Below are positions 50,256 through 60,504 of a DNA stretch of 64,000 nt, in pieces. How positions within the stretch are numbered: the stretch's first letter is position 1; each line of letters opens with the position of its first letter. The DNA is from an uncultured Methylomirabilota bacterium (lineage in GTDB: Bacteria; Methylomirabilota; Methylomirabilia; Methylomirabilales; 2-02-FULL-66-22), in the NCBI GenBank assembly GCA_963705305.1, contig OY970067.1, forward strand, positions 4,960,001-5,024,000, written 5' to 3'. The notes beneath the pieces were generated by a model that made no database searches, was not told the DNA's origin, and was given only the letters and a program-made list of their open reading frames with translations. The translations under genes and the position numbers were made by a program.

Positions 50256-52364
50256 CTAGCCCTCCGGACGGGTGAGAGGCCGGAAGCGCATCCCGGAGCT
50301 CTTGGCCGCACGCGCCGCCTCCACCGCATCGAGATGGAGTTTTTCCTGGGCGCGGAGGGGCGCGCCCTTCCCGCGCACTCGCTCGTAGGTGCCATCCGGC
50401 AGCAGGCGGCAGGCCTTCACGGTGTCCGCGAAATACGTCTCCAGGATCCCGCCAAGCCGCCGGATGAGGGCGGGTGATTTGACGGGGAAGAGGATCTCGA
50501 GGCGCCGATCCAGATTGCGGCTCATCCAATCCGCGCTGGCCAAATAGATCTCCTCGTGGCCGCCGTTCCGGAAACGGAAGATGCGCGCGTGCTCCAGGAA
50601 CCGGTCCACGATGGATCGGACCTCGATGTTCTCCGAGACCCCCTTGATTCCCGCCCGCAGGCAGCAGATTCCTCGCACATTCAGCCGGACCGTGACCCCG
50701 GCCTGGCTGGCGCGGTACAGCGCCCGGCACATCTCCCCGTCCTGCAGGGAGTTGACCTTGGCCATGATGAGGCCAGGCTGATCCGGGGTCGAGGATCGGA
50801 TCTCGCGTTCGATCAGCTCCAGGAGGCGGTGTCGCAGATCGGTGGGCGCAATGGCCAGATCGGCCCAGCCGACCGCATCCGAGGCCCCGGTGAGCAGGTT
50901 GAAGAAAGCCGCGACATCCGCCGCCAGGTCGCGGTCGCTGGACAGCAGGCCGACGTCGGAATAGAGGCGGGCGGTCCGGTCGTTGTAGTTCCCCGTCGAG
51001 AGGTGGACGTAGCGCCGGATGCGGTTCGTCTCCCGCCGGACAATCAGCAGGGCCTTGGCGTGCGTCTTGAGGCCGACGATGCCGTAGATCACGTGACAGC
51101 CGGCGTCCTCGAGCCGGCGGGCCCACTCCACGTTTCGGGCCTCGTCGAAGCGGGCCTTCAGCTCCACCAGCACCGTCACCTCCTTTCCGTTCTTGGCCGC
51201 GCGCTCCAGCGCCCGGACGACCGGCGAATCTCCGCTGGTCCGGTACAGGATCTGCTTGATCGCCAGGACGCCGGGATCCTCGGCGGCCTCGCGGAGGAGC
51301 TGGACGACGGACTCGAAGCTCTCGTAGGGGTGCACCAGCAGCGCATCGTGATCCCGCATGGCCGACCAGAGGTCCTCGGCGCCGGTCAGGTCCTGCGGCG
51401 CCTGCGGCGGCCATTCCGGGTACCGCAGTTGGTCGAACCCACGCCGGGTGGCTAGCTCCATGAGGGCGCCGGCATCCAGCATCCCGGCGATCTCGTACAT
51501 CGCCTCCGGCTCCAGCCCCAGCCATTCGGGCAGCCACCGCTTGATGCGGGGGTCGGTGTCCGCGCCCACCTCTACCCGGACGGCGGCCCGGCGGCGGCGG
51601 GCCAGGACGGCCTCCTCCACGGCGTGAAGCAGGTCCCCCCCTTCGTCGTCATCGATGGTCACGTCGGCATCGCGCGTGACCCGGAAGACGCCGGTCCCCA
51701 GGACCTTCGCCCCCGGGAAAAGCAGGTCGAGGTTGGCCGTGATGACGCTTTCCAGCCGGACCAGATTCTGTCCCGCGCTGGCCGGCACGGCCAGGAACCG
51801 CGCGCTGCCGCTCGGCTGCGGCACCGCAACGATCTGGGACGGGGCCTCCGGGCCCGCTCCCCCGATCACCGCGGCGACGTGCAGCTGAAGCCCGGGCAGG
51901 AGGGGGGCGGGGTGGAGGTCCTCCACCGCCAGCGGCGTCAGCACCGGCAGGATCTCGCTTTCGAAGAGCCCGCGCAGGAACTGGCGCTGTTCGGAGGTCC
52001 ACTCCGGCTCCTCCAGCACAGACAGCCCGCGCTGGCGAAGCTGCCCGAGCACGCCGGCAATCCCCTCCGACTGCTCGGCCACCATGCGCCGGGCCCGCCC
52101 GCCGATCCGCTCCAGCTGCTGGGCGGGGGTGAGGCCGCTCGCGTCGCGCCGGCGGACGCCGGCGGCCCGCTGCTGTCGCAGGCCGGCCACCCGAATCATG
52201 AAGAACTCATCCAGGTTGGAGCCGACGATGGCGAGAAACTTCAGTCGCTCGAGGAGGGGCAGGTCTTCGCCGCGGCCCTCCTGCAGGACCCGGTCGTTGA
52301 ACTCCAGCCAGCTCAGCTCCCGGTTGATGTACAGATCGGGGGCGTCCAGATCCGGTTTACTCAT
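50256..52364 (-). CDS. ppk1: Polyphosphate kinase 1
   Basis: NRELSWLEFNDRVL, SNLDEFFMIRVAG, HPYESF, ELKARFDE, KTHAK, SADWM.RNLDRR. Confidence 0.96.
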   Translation of the reverse strand: MSKPDLDAPDLYINRELSWLEFNDRVLQEGRGEDLPLLERLKFLAIVGSNLDEFFMIRVAGLRQQRAAGVRRRDASGLTPAQQLERIGGRARRMVAEQSEGIAGVLGQLRQRGLSVLEEPEWTSEQRQFLRGLFESEILPVLTPLAVEDLHPAPLLPGLQLHVAAVIGGAGPEAPSQIVAVPQPSGSARFLAVPASAGQNLVRLESVITANLDLLFPGAKVLGTGVFRVTRDADVTIDDDEGGDLLHAVEEAVLARRRRAAVRVEVGADTDPRIKRWLPEWLGLEPEAMYEIAGMLDAGALMELATRRGFDQLRYPEWPPQAPQDLTGAEDLWSAMRDHDALLVHPYESFESVVQLLREAAEDPGVLAIKQILYRTSGDSPVVRALERAAKNGKEVTVLVELKARFDEARNVEWARRLEDAGCHVIYGIVGLKTHAKALLIVRRETNRIRRYVHLSTGNYNDRTARLYSDVGLLSSDRDLAADVAAFFNLLTGASDAVGWADLAIAPTDLRHRLLELIEREIRSSTPDQPGLIMAKVNSLQDGEMCRALYRASQAGVTVRLNVRGICCLRAGIKGVSENIEVRSIVDRFLEHARIFRFRNGGHEEIYLASADWMSRNLDRRLEILFPVKSPALIRRLGGILETYFADTVKACRLLPDGTYERVRGKGAPLRAQEKLHLDAVEAARAAKSSGMRFRPLTRPEG

Positions 52365-52388
52365 GGCAGCGTGTTTCGCTCGTCCGCC

Positions 52389-53981
52389 TCAGCCCGCGAC
52401 CGCTGCGGCGGGTGGCCGAGCCTCCTCGAGGCGGATCTTCACGCCGAAGACGTCCTCGAACAGGTCCGCCTTCTGCGCCATCGCCTGGCGCTCGAGGGTG
52501 AGGTCGCTGACCCCGGGGACCACAAGCACGAACTCCTCCCCTTGCCGTTCGCAGCGGAAGTCCCGGACCTGCTGGGCGTGCGCCCGGTCCAGCGCATCGG
52601 CGACCCGCAGGATGGCCGCCAGCTTGCTGACGAGCATACGCTTGTCCCGGGGCAGCGCCATATACTCGGGGTGGCTGGGCTGGGGGCCGGCCCGCCGATG
52701 GTAGCGGGCCACGTGCGCCGCCAGCAGGTGCTCCTCGCCGGTCAGGCCGAAGATCTCTGCGTTGGCGATGAGATAAAAGCTGTGCTTGTGGTGGGACCGG
52801 TTGCTGACGAATCCCCCCACCTCGTGCAGCAGGGCGGCGACGCGAAGCAGCAGGCGGTGTCGGGAGCCCAACCCGTGCTCCGGTTGCAGCTCGTCGAACA
52901 GCCTCACGGCCAGGTCGGCGACACTCTGGGCGTGTCGCCGGTCCACCCGGTACTTGCGGGCCACGGCCTGAGCCGATCGGATGATCCCCTTGGCCAGCGC
53001 CTCGTCTTCCCGGCCGGTCACGCGGCTGACCAAGTCCAGCATGAGGCCATCCCGCATCGACGCCTGCGACACGTAGAACTGGGTCGCCTGCGTCGTGTTC
53101 AGCAGCCCCTGGTACACGAGCAGCGCCGGGTAGAGCGTCTCGGCATCCGGAAAGGGGAGCCCGAACTTGGCGGCCAGCTCCTCCGTGGTTTGGCCTTGGC
53201 ACTGGCGGACAAACTTGTCGAAAGGCCCGCGACCCACGGAGAACAGCTCCTCCGGGCTGATCGGTTTCCCGATTTGGCGGGCCACGAAACGAGCGTCGCC
53301 CCCGATGGCGACGAACGCTTCGGTCCGGTCCAGGGGGAGGCCGCTCTGCATGGCGGCAAGCACGTTGGTGATTTGCTGCCGCAGGATTGCGGCCGCCCGC
53401 GGCGGCGGCTCGGCGCCCGTGAGCAGGCCCTCACGCAGTCGGATGGAGCCTAATGGCAGGCTTTGGGCATCGACGATCTCGCCTTGGTGCATGACGGTGA
53501 GGAGGGTGCTCCCCCCGCCGACGTGCGCCACCAAGACCAGGCCCCGTTTGGCCATGATCTCGGGCCCGAGGTGTTGCCGCACGCCGGCTGCCGTCAGACG
53601 GCTTTCCTCTGCGCGGTCGATGACCTCGATCTCGAAGCCCGCTGCCATGAGCACGCGGTCGATGAAGGTGTCGCTGTTGCTGGCCTCGCGCACGGCGCTG
53701 GTGGCCACGGCGCGTTGCTGCTTCACCCGATAGGTGCCCAGGATCCGGCGGTATTCCCGCAGGATGGCCAGGGCGGCCCGCATGCTCTCGCCGGCGAGCC
53801 TGCCGCGCCGGAATGTGTCCTGGCCCAGACGGATCCCCTTCTGGAGCTTCTCCAAGACCTCCAGGCTGCCATCCGGAAGCACCTCGGCCACGACCATGCG
53901 GATGGCGTTCGAGCCGATGTCGATCCCGGCCACGATTTGAGGCTCAGACGACTGATCGCGTGGCTTCTCCGGCGTGCTCAT
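52389..53981 (-). CDS. ppx: Exopolyphosphatase / pppGpp phosphohydrolase (Ppx/GppA, with HD domain)
   Basis: IDIGSNAIR, ATSAVREA, EESRL, VGGGST, LGSIRL, LLHEVG, HHKHS, RVADALD. Confidence 0.92.
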   Translation of the reverse strand: MSTPEKPRDQSSEPQIVAGIDIGSNAIRMVVAEVLPDGSLEVLEKLQKGIRLGQDTFRRGRLAGESMRAALAILREYRRILGTYRVKQQRAVATSAVREASNSDTFIDRVLMAAGFEIEVIDRAEESRLTAAGVRQHLGPEIMAKRGLVLVAHVGGGSTLLTVMHQGEIVDAQSLPLGSIRLREGLLTGAEPPPRAAAILRQQITNVLAAMQSGLPLDRTEAFVAIGGDARFVARQIGKPISPEELFSVGRGPFDKFVRQCQGQTTEELAAKFGLPFPDAETLYPALLVYQGLLNTTQATQFYVSQASMRDGLMLDLVSRVTGREDEALAKGIIRSAQAVARKYRVDRRHAQSVADLAVRLFDELQPEHGLGSRHRLLLRVAALLHEVGGFVSNRSHHKHSFYLIANAEIFGLTGEEHLLAAHVARYHRRAGPQPSHPEYMALPRDKRMLVSKLAAILRVADALDRAHAQQVRDFRCERQGEEFVLVVPGVSDLTLERQAMAQKADLFEDVFGVKIRLEEARPPAAAVAG

Positions 53982-54205
53982 GGCAACTCACCCCGTGCTT
54001 CCGGCTCTCGGCCGCGACCGCCGACCCTCCTGAGGCACGTCTCCCGGACAGCGGAGAAAGATCTCCGCCCTGAGGCCGAGGCCCCTCATCCACCTCCTGG
54101 CGAACCTTGCCAGCGGACGCTTGGAGACACGAAAGGGCAGAAAGCCCGGGAGATATTTGCGTTTCACCCTACCATATCCGGATCGGGAATTCACCGGAAA
54201 GTTCT

Positions 54206-54223
54206 GTGACATTTTTGTTACAG
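54206..54223 (-). promoter_or_regulatory. Pho-box-like direct repeat upstream of ppx-ppk1
   Basis: Minus strand CTGTAAC-AAAA-ATGTCAC: 11-bp-spaced repeats resembling the PhoB box CTGTCAT-AWAW-CTGTCAY. Confidence 0.55.
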
Positions 54224-54498
54224 CCTATTTCCCCGGCCACCAATCGGCGGGAGAAAGAAACGCGAGTAACCGGGTAAGACATTGCACTGATGGACGCGGA
54301 TCTCCTATCGGTTCCCGTCATTCGACACAATGGCTCCCGACGGCAATTCCGCGTGAAACCTCGGCGCGGGAGACCGGCCGGCCGCTCTGCCGCCATCCTG
54401 GGATGGCGCTGGGGCATCGACCCGTCCGACTTCCCGGACCCCTCCGGCATAGGGGATGGGGAAGGAAGGCCCCGGGGCCGGTCGACCCGCACGGAGCC

Positions 54499-54545
54499 TT
54501 GACACCGGGGGGCTACGGGACTATTCTAACTGAGAAAATTTCTCA
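54499..54545 (+). promoter_or_regulatory. sigma70 promoter with Zur-type operator
   Basis: TTGACA (54499-54504), 17 bp, TATTCT (54522-54527); 7-1-7 palindrome TGAGAAA-A/T-TTTCTCA-type (TGAGAAAATTTCTCA, 54531-54545). Confidence 0.8.
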
Positions 54546-54561
54546 TTTAAGGATGTATCCC

Positions 54562-55014
54562 ATGCCCTCGTCCCAGTTCGGACAGGCCCTCCAAGGGCAC
54601 GGCTTCAAGCTCACCCGGGCGCGCCGCGCGGTCCTCCAGGTTCTGGGGGCGACTGCGCAGCACCTGAAGATTGCGGAGGTCCACCAGCGCGCCCGCCAGA
54701 TCGACCCCCGGGTGAGCCTGGCCAGTGTCTACCGCACCATGGATCTGCTGGCGCGGCTCCACCTGGTGCAGGACGTCCACATGGAGCATCGCCACCGCCA
54801 CTATGCCAGGCTGAGCGACGACCACGGCCACCACCTTATCTGCAGCCGGTGCGGCCTAGTGGTCGAGTTCTCGGACTGTCAGGCCGAAGTGCTGGCCCGC
54901 CTCCTGGCGCGGCGGACGCACTTCCGAATCGACGGACACCACCTGGAATTCTTCGGCCGGTGCCCGCGCTGTCGCCGGGAGACCCAGACGGGGCGGCTGG
55001 ACGTGCGGCCCTGA
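54562..55014 (+). CDS. zur: Fur-family repressor, probably Zur
   Basis: KLTRARRAVL, SLASVYRTM, HGHHLICSRCG, FFGRCPRC; heads a Zn/Mn ABC operon. Confidence 0.78.
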   Translation: MPSSQFGQALQGHGFKLTRARRAVLQVLGATAQHLKIAEVHQRARQIDPRVSLASVYRTMDLLARLHLVQDVHMEHRHRHYARLSDDHGHHLICSRCGLVVEFSDCQAEVLARLLARRTHFRIDGHHLEFFGRCPRCRRETQTGRLDVRP

Positions 55015-55072
55015 CCGCACACATCCCAGGGTCAACTCAGCTGTTCCCGCAACGTGATAGGAGACGAGAAAG

Positions 55073-55987
55073 ATGAACATCATTGCAGCCGCTCTGCTCG
55101 CCTTCGTACTGGCGGCGGGACACGCACCGAGCGCCCTCGCCGCGCCCGCGGCCCCCGCCAAGCTCCGGGTGGTAACCAGCTTCACCGTCCTGGCCGACCT
55201 GATCCGCCAGGTGGGCGGCGACCATGTCCAGGTTACGGCCCTGGTGCCGCCGGGAGAGGAGCCGCACACCTACGAGCCCACCCCCGGGGACATGAAAGCC
55301 GTGTCCCGGGCCCGGCTGGTCTTTTACAACGGCGCGCACCTGGAAGAATGGTGGAGCCAGTTCGTCCGTAACGTCAGCCCCGGCGTGCCTGTCGTGGACC
55401 TGTCGAAGGGCCTGCCCGTCCTGCACATGCCTGGCCCGCCCAGTGCGGACGGACACGCGGGGGAAGAGCCGAACCCGCATTTCTGGCTGGATGTGATGAA
55501 CGCCAAGATCTACGTGGAGCGTATCCGGGACGCCCTCGGCCGGGCCGATCCGGCCAATGCGGACGCCTATGCCGACCGGGCCAAGACCTACCTGGCCAAG
55601 CTGGATTCTCTGGATGTCTGGATCCGGACGCAGGTCGCCATGATTCCCCCGGCGCGGCGGAAGCTGGTCGCCTTTCATGACGCCTTCCCCTATTTCGCCA
55701 AGCGCTACGGTTTCAGCATCAGCGGATACGTGGTCGCCAGCCCCGGGAAAGAGCCATCCGCCCGGGAGCTGGCGGATCTGGGCCGACGCATCCGGGAGGA
55801 GCGCGTCCCGGCCGTCTTCGCCGAGGCGGAGTTGAACCCGAAGACCATGCAGATCCTGGGACGGGATGCCGGCGTGAAGGTGGTCACCAACCTGTACATC
55901 GAGAGTCTCAGTCAAGGGCCCGAGGCCAATTCCTATATCGCCCTCATGCGGCACGACGTCACCATGATTGTCAACGCACTAAAGTAA
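55073..55987 (+). CDS. znuA: Zn/Mn ABC transporter substrate-binding protein (ZnuA/TroA family)
   Basis: EPHTYEPTP, NPHFWLD, FHDAFPYFAKRYG. Confidence 0.85.
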   Translation: MNIIAAALLAFVLAAGHAPSALAAPAAPAKLRVVTSFTVLADLIRQVGGDHVQVTALVPPGEEPHTYEPTPGDMKAVSRARLVFYNGAHLEEWWSQFVRNVSPGVPVVDLSKGLPVLHMPGPPSADGHAGEEPNPHFWLDVMNAKIYVERIRDALGRADPANADAYADRAKTYLAKLDSLDVWIRTQVAMIPPARRKLVAFHDAFPYFAKRYGFSISGYVVASPGKEPSARELADLGRRIREERVPAVFAEAELNPKTMQILGRDAGVKVVTNLYIESLSQGPEANSYIALMRHDVTMIVNALK

Positions 55988-56034
55988 GGGAAGGTTCGAG
56001 GTTGGGGGAAGGCAGCGGAGGTCGGAAGGTCGAC

Positions 56035-56841
56035 ATGACGGATACCCCGTGCTGGAAATACTGCCTGGAGGTGCGGAACCTTGTGGCGGGCTACGGCGGC
56101 CGCGCCGCCATCGAAGGAGTCTCCTTCGGGATCTGCCCGGGACAGATGGCGGGGGTCATCGGCCCCAACGGCGCCGGAAAGAGCACCCTCTTCAAGGCCA
56201 TCCTGGGGCTGATCCCACGCCTGGGAGGCGAGATGCGGCTCCATGACGAGGAGGCGCTTGGACAGCGGGCCTTGATGGGGTACGTGCCGCAGCTCGATAC
56301 CATCAACCGGGCCTTTCCATTGACCGTCGCGGACGTCGTGCTGATGGGCCGGTATCGGCGAATCGGCTGGTTCCGGCGCCCCGACCGGGAAGACCGCGCG
56401 GTCGTGGAGCGGGCGCTGGCACGCGTCGAGCTGCTTCCGCAGGCCCGCACCCAGATCGGCCAGCTCTCGGGTGGACAGCAGCAGCGGGCCTTCCTGGCCC
56501 GCGTCCTGGCCCAGGACCCGCACCTTCTGCTCCTGGACGAGCCGGTGAGCGGCGTGGACGCGGCCACCCAGCACGCCATCTTCAATGTGCTGGAGGAACT
56601 CCGAGACAGCGGGAAAACGGTCGTCGTGGCCACCCACGATCTCAACTGCGTGATCGAGCGATTCGACCAGGTGCTCTGCCTGAACCGCCGGCTGGTGGCG
56701 TACGGCTCCCCGGTCGAGGTCTTTCGCGAGGATATTCTGGAGCAGACCTACGGCAGCCACCTCATGCTGGTCAAGGTGGGGGATCGGCGCGTCGTCGTGG
56801 CCGACGAGCATGGGGGCGGCGGCCATAGGGTGCGGCCATGA
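56035..56841 (+). CDS. znuC: Zn/Mn ABC transporter ATP-binding protein
   Basis: GPNGAGKSTL, GYVPQ, FPLTV, LSGGQQQR, LDEP, THDL. Confidence 0.85.
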   Translation: MTDTPCWKYCLEVRNLVAGYGGRAAIEGVSFGICPGQMAGVIGPNGAGKSTLFKAILGLIPRLGGEMRLHDEEALGQRALMGYVPQLDTINRAFPLTVADVVLMGRYRRIGWFRRPDREDRAVVERALARVELLPQARTQIGQLSGGQQQRAFLARVLAQDPHLLLLDEPVSGVDAATQHAIFNVLEELRDSGKTVVVATHDLNCVIERFDQVLCLNRRLVAYGSPVEVFREDILEQTYGSHLMLVKVGDRRVVVADEHGGGGHRVRP

Positions 56842-57671
56842 TGGAATGGCTAGCCTCCCCGTTCCAGTTCGCCTTCATGCAGCGGGCCCTGGTCGGTGGG
56901 GTCTTGGTGGGGGCCCTGTGCGCGGTGGTGGGGACGTACGTGGTCCTGCGGGGCCTGGCCTTCGTCGGCGACGCGCTGGCCCATGCCGCCTTTCCCGGGG
57001 TCGTCATCGCCTACCTGCTGCAGGCCAACATCTACCTGGGGGCCACGATCTTCGCCCTGGCCACCGCCATGGGGATCGGATTCATTTCCCGGCGCGCCAG
57101 CACCTCGTACGATACCACCATCGGGATCCTCTTCGCCGGTGCCTTTGCCCTGGGCGTCCTGCTCCTGAGCTCGATCCGCGGGTACAGCGTGGACCTGTTC
57201 AGCTTTCTCTTCGGCAACATCCTGGCGGTCTCGGAGGCGGACCTCCTGGTGGTGGGCATCCTGGCGGGCGTCGTGCTGCTGACGGTGGCCCTGTTCTATA
57301 AGGAGTTCCTCCTCCTCTCCTTCGATCCGGTGGTCGCCGAGGCCATGGGCTACCCCGTGCAGATCCTGAACTACCTCCTCCTAGCCCTCATCGCCCTGAC
57401 CATCGTGATCTCCATCCAGGCCGTGGGGATCATCCTGGTCGTGGCCCTCCTGGTCACCCCCAGCGCCACGGCTTACCTGCTGACCGAGCGGTTCCTCCCC
57501 ATGATGGTCTTGGGGGTCGTCCTGGCCGCGCTGGCGGCGGTGACCGGCCTGTACGTCTCGTACTACCTCAACGTGGCCTCCGGGCCCGCCATCGTCCTGG
57601 TCAGCACCTGCGTGTTCTTCGCCGTGCTGATCCTCCGCCACCTGGCCGGCGCGGAGCGACGGTCCGGGTAA
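56838..57671 (+). CDS. znuB: Zn/Mn ABC transporter permease
   Basis: FMQRAL, GDALAHAAFPG, FLFGNIL, SFDP, VGIILVVALLV.P.ATA. Confidence 0.87.
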   Translation: MMEWLASPFQFAFMQRALVGGVLVGALCAVVGTYVVLRGLAFVGDALAHAAFPGVVIAYLLQANIYLGATIFALATAMGIGFISRRASTSYDTTIGILFAGAFALGVLLLSSIRGYSVDLFSFLFGNILAVSEADLLVVGILAGVVLLTVALFYKEFLLLSFDPVVAEAMGYPVQILNYLLLALIALTIVISIQAVGIILVVALLVTPSATAYLLTERFLPMMVLGVVLAALAAVTGLYVSYYLNVASGPAIVLVSTCVFFAVLILRHLAGAERRSG

Positions 57672-57851
57672 TTCGAGGGCGTTCAGCGGGATCGTCCGCC
57701 ACGCCGGGAACGTCCTGCCGTCCGGCGCGCCTCCGGCGAGAGCGCCCACGCCCCCCGGGCCAGGGCCTCTCCTCCCAGCTTGCGCACGGTGCGCATCAGC
57801 CGATTCAGGTGGACCTCGTGCGGGGCCAGGGCCGGCGGCGGGACGGGGGGC

Positions 57852-58946
57852 CTACGCGTCGTCGCCCGGCGGATCCGCCGACGGCGGCGTGCGGATCTCC
57901 TCGGCGAATCGAAGCAGTGCCAGCGCCAGCGCCACAATGACCGGACCCAGGAACATGCCGATGAACCCGAAGGCGGCAACGCCCCCCATCAGGCCGAAGA
58001 AGAGTGGGAGCATCGAGATTCGGGCGCGACCGGAAATGAACGCCGGCCGCAGGAAGTTGTCGACGGAGGCGATGACGGCGAGGCCCCAAATCACCAGGAA
58101 GACGGCGGCGACCCAGCGTCCTTGCATGGCCAGCACGGCGGCCCCGGGCACCCAGATGAGCGCCGTCCCCACGACGGGAAGCATCGAGACGCCTACCGCC
58201 AGGAAGCCGAACACCACGGGCGAAGGCAACCCCACGAGGGCAAAGGCGATCCCCACCAGCGTGCCCTGGGCGATGGCCACCACGAGCGCACCCAACACGA
58301 CGGCCCGCGTCACGGCCGCCAGATAGTCGAAGAGGCGCTGCGTGTACCCCGCATCCATCGGGATCAGGAGGATCAGCCGCCCCAGCATCTCCTCCCCGTC
58401 TCGCAGGATGAAGAACAGCAGGAACAGGGTCATGCCCAGGCTGACCAGCATTCCCAGCGTTCCGACGAAGACGGACCCACTCATCGACAGGAGCGCCTGC
58501 AAGGGTCCCCTGGCCCCGTCCACCATCCAGGCTTTCACCTGCCCCGTCGTCAACGGCACGTAGTTTCCCAGCTTCGCGACCAGGCGATCCAGCAGCGGGA
58601 TCCGAACGAGGTCTTGGAGGCTGAAGATCTGGTGGCGGCCGGCCATGCCCTGGAGGGCGGCCAGCAGCTCCCGGGCCTGCTGGGCGAAGGCCACCACGGA
58701 AAGCGCGGCCGGGATCACCCCCACCACGATCACCCCCAGCGTCAGGACCAGGGCCGCCGGACCCTGCCGTCCGTGGAGCAGCTGCCGCAGGCGCCGGTTG
58801 GCCGGGAACAGCAGGAAGCCCAGCAAGGCCCCCCAGAGAATCGCATCCAGAAACGGCTTGAAGATCTGAAAGAGGGCAAATCCCAGCAGGCCCGCCGCAG
58901 CGAGGGCGAACGCCCGGCGGTAAAACTGGCTCTCAGGCTGTGGCAT
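57852..58946 (-). CDS. AI-2E family transporter (PerM/YdiK-like)
   Basis: LFFILRDG, VAIAQG, P.VGTALIWVP, VDNFLRP, GG..AFG.IG.FLGP. Confidence 0.88.
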   Translation of the reverse strand: MPQPESQFYRRAFALAAAGLLGFALFQIFKPFLDAILWGALLGFLLFPANRRLRQLLHGRQGPAALVLTLGVIVVGVIPAALSVVAFAQQARELLAALQGMAGRHQIFSLQDLVRIPLLDRLVAKLGNYVPLTTGQVKAWMVDGARGPLQALLSMSGSVFVGTLGMLVSLGMTLFLLFFILRDGEEMLGRLILLIPMDAGYTQRLFDYLAAVTRAVVLGALVVAIAQGTLVGIAFALVGLPSPVVFGFLAVGVSMLPVVGTALIWVPGAAVLAMQGRWVAAVFLVIWGLAVIASVDNFLRPAFISGRARISMLPLFFGLMGGVAAFGFIGMFLGPVIVALALALLRFAEEIRTPPSADPPGDDA

Positions 58947-59079
58947 CCGATGACCTCTAGCGCCCGGCGGACTGCCCCCCCGCCGATCCGTCCCGCCTCC
59001 GGCGGCTCCCCGGACGCCGTTCCGGGGGGCTCGGACGGAGGCCGTTCCCGCTTCCGCCGGGGCGATTCTCTCCTGCCGC

Positions 59080-60261
59080 CTACCGGTCCACCCGATAGGT
59101 GGCAACGACCTTGGGATCCAGCTCGATCCCCAGTCCCGGCCCCTCCGGAAGCTCGACGTGGCCGGTCCGATCCACCAAGAGCGGCGCCGTGACCAGATCG
59201 GCCATCAGCGGATGGGCCGGAAAGACCATCTCGGCCATGCTGCCGTTCGGAAGGGCGCCGAGGAGGTGAACGGCGGCCGCCACGGCCACGGCCGAGCCAT
59301 GGATGTGCGGGGCCACCGGCAGGTTCCAGGCCTGGGCCAGGTGGGCGATCTTCAGGGACTCCGTCAGCCCGCCGGCCCAGCAGACGTCCGGCTGGACGAC
59401 GTGAACGGCCCGGGCCGCGATGTAGTCTCGAAAGCCCGTCCGGCCGTAGGTGCAGGTCTCGTAGCCGGCCACCGGGATGGCGATTTTGCGGGCCACCTCC
59501 GCGCTGCCGGCGATGTCGTCCGGGCAGACAGGCTCCTCGTACCAGTAGATGTCCAGCGGCTCCATGGCGCGCCCCTGTTTCACGGCCGTGGGAACATCCC
59601 AGGCCCCGTTCACATCCACCATGAGACGGATGTCCGGTCCGACGCTCTCCCGCACCGCCCGGACGCGAGCGAGATCCTCCGCCAGCGAGATCTCGCAGGT
59701 CCCCCGGTGCGCCATGGCGCGGAGCGGGCTCCCCTCGATGTCGCTGTTCCGACCCACCTTCATCTTGACGGCGCGGAAACCGTGATCGCAGTACCCCCGC
59801 ATCTCTTCGCACAGCTCGGGAATCCCCTTCCCCTCCGCGTAGAAGCCGCCCGTGGCATACGCTGGAACCCGCCGCCGGTACCCGCCCAGCAGCCGCCACA
59901 GCGGCTGCCCCGCCAGCTTGCCCCGGAGATCCCACAGGGCGATGTCGATGCCGCTCATGGCGGCGATAAGCAGCCCGCCGCGGGCGTGCTTGTAGGCCCG
60001 CTGGTGCATCTGCTCCCAGAGGCGCTCCACGTCGCGGGGATCCTCTCCCACCAGATGCTCCTTGAGCTCCCCCTCGATGACCCCCCGCGTCGAGGCGAGC
60101 GGGCCGCCGAAGTGCGCCGCCTCTCCCAGGCCGACCAGACCGTCGTCGGTCTCGACCTCGACCAGCAGGGCGGGCTTGGTGGCCATGATGTAATTGGCGT
60201 CGTAGACCGGGCGGGGCAGGCGGCACTCCACGGGAATCGTGCGGACGTCACGGATGCGCAT
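59080..60261 (-). CDS. Mandelate racemase / muconate lactonizing enzyme (enolase superfamily)
   Basis: ETDDGLVGLGE, SGIDIALWDL.GK, KMK, MVDVN, WYEEP, AGYE, QPD, GPGLG. Confidence 0.92.
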   Translation of the reverse strand: MRIRDVRTIPVECRLPRPVYDANYIMATKPALLVEVETDDGLVGLGEAAHFGGPLASTRGVIEGELKEHLVGEDPRDVERLWEQMHQRAYKHARGGLLIAAMSGIDIALWDLRGKLAGQPLWRLLGGYRRRVPAYATGGFYAEGKGIPELCEEMRGYCDHGFRAVKMKVGRNSDIEGSPLRAMAHRGTCEISLAEDLARVRAVRESVGPDIRLMVDVNGAWDVPTAVKQGRAMEPLDIYWYEEPVCPDDIAGSAEVARKIAIPVAGYETCTYGRTGFRDYIAARAVHVVQPDVCWAGGLTESLKIAHLAQAWNLPVAPHIHGSAVAVAAAVHLLGALPNGSMAEMVFPAHPLMADLVTAPLLVDRTGHVELPEGPGLGIELDPKVVATYRVDR

Positions 60262-60421
60262 ATGGGCTCTCCGGAAAATGGGTGAACTGCGGGACACGCG
60301 GGAGAAACCCTCGGCGTGTCGAGAGAGGGTTATCATTCGTGCCTGGCGGTGTCAACGTGCTTCCCTGCCCGGGGTGCGCCCAGGCCGACGGCGCCCACAT
60401 CTTGGGGAAGCCGCGAAGCTT

Positions 60422-60467
60422 TGAAACATAATTTCATATTGACATTCTTCCATGAATAAATTAGATA
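60422..60467 (+). promoter_or_regulatory. AT-rich promoter with upstream palindrome
   Basis: TGAAACATAATTTCA (60422-60436), TTGACA (60439-60444), 17 bp, TAGATA; TCATA(C/T) repeats nearby. Confidence 0.55.
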
Positions 60468-60504
60468 TAGCGAATCATACTTTCATACTACGATCTGTTG
60501 AGCC

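Noticed and set aside
57683..57850. Possible gene fragment (PHEVHLNRLMRTVRKLGG) after the AI-2E gene
   Set aside because: No start, RBS or recognisable family; cannot be supported.
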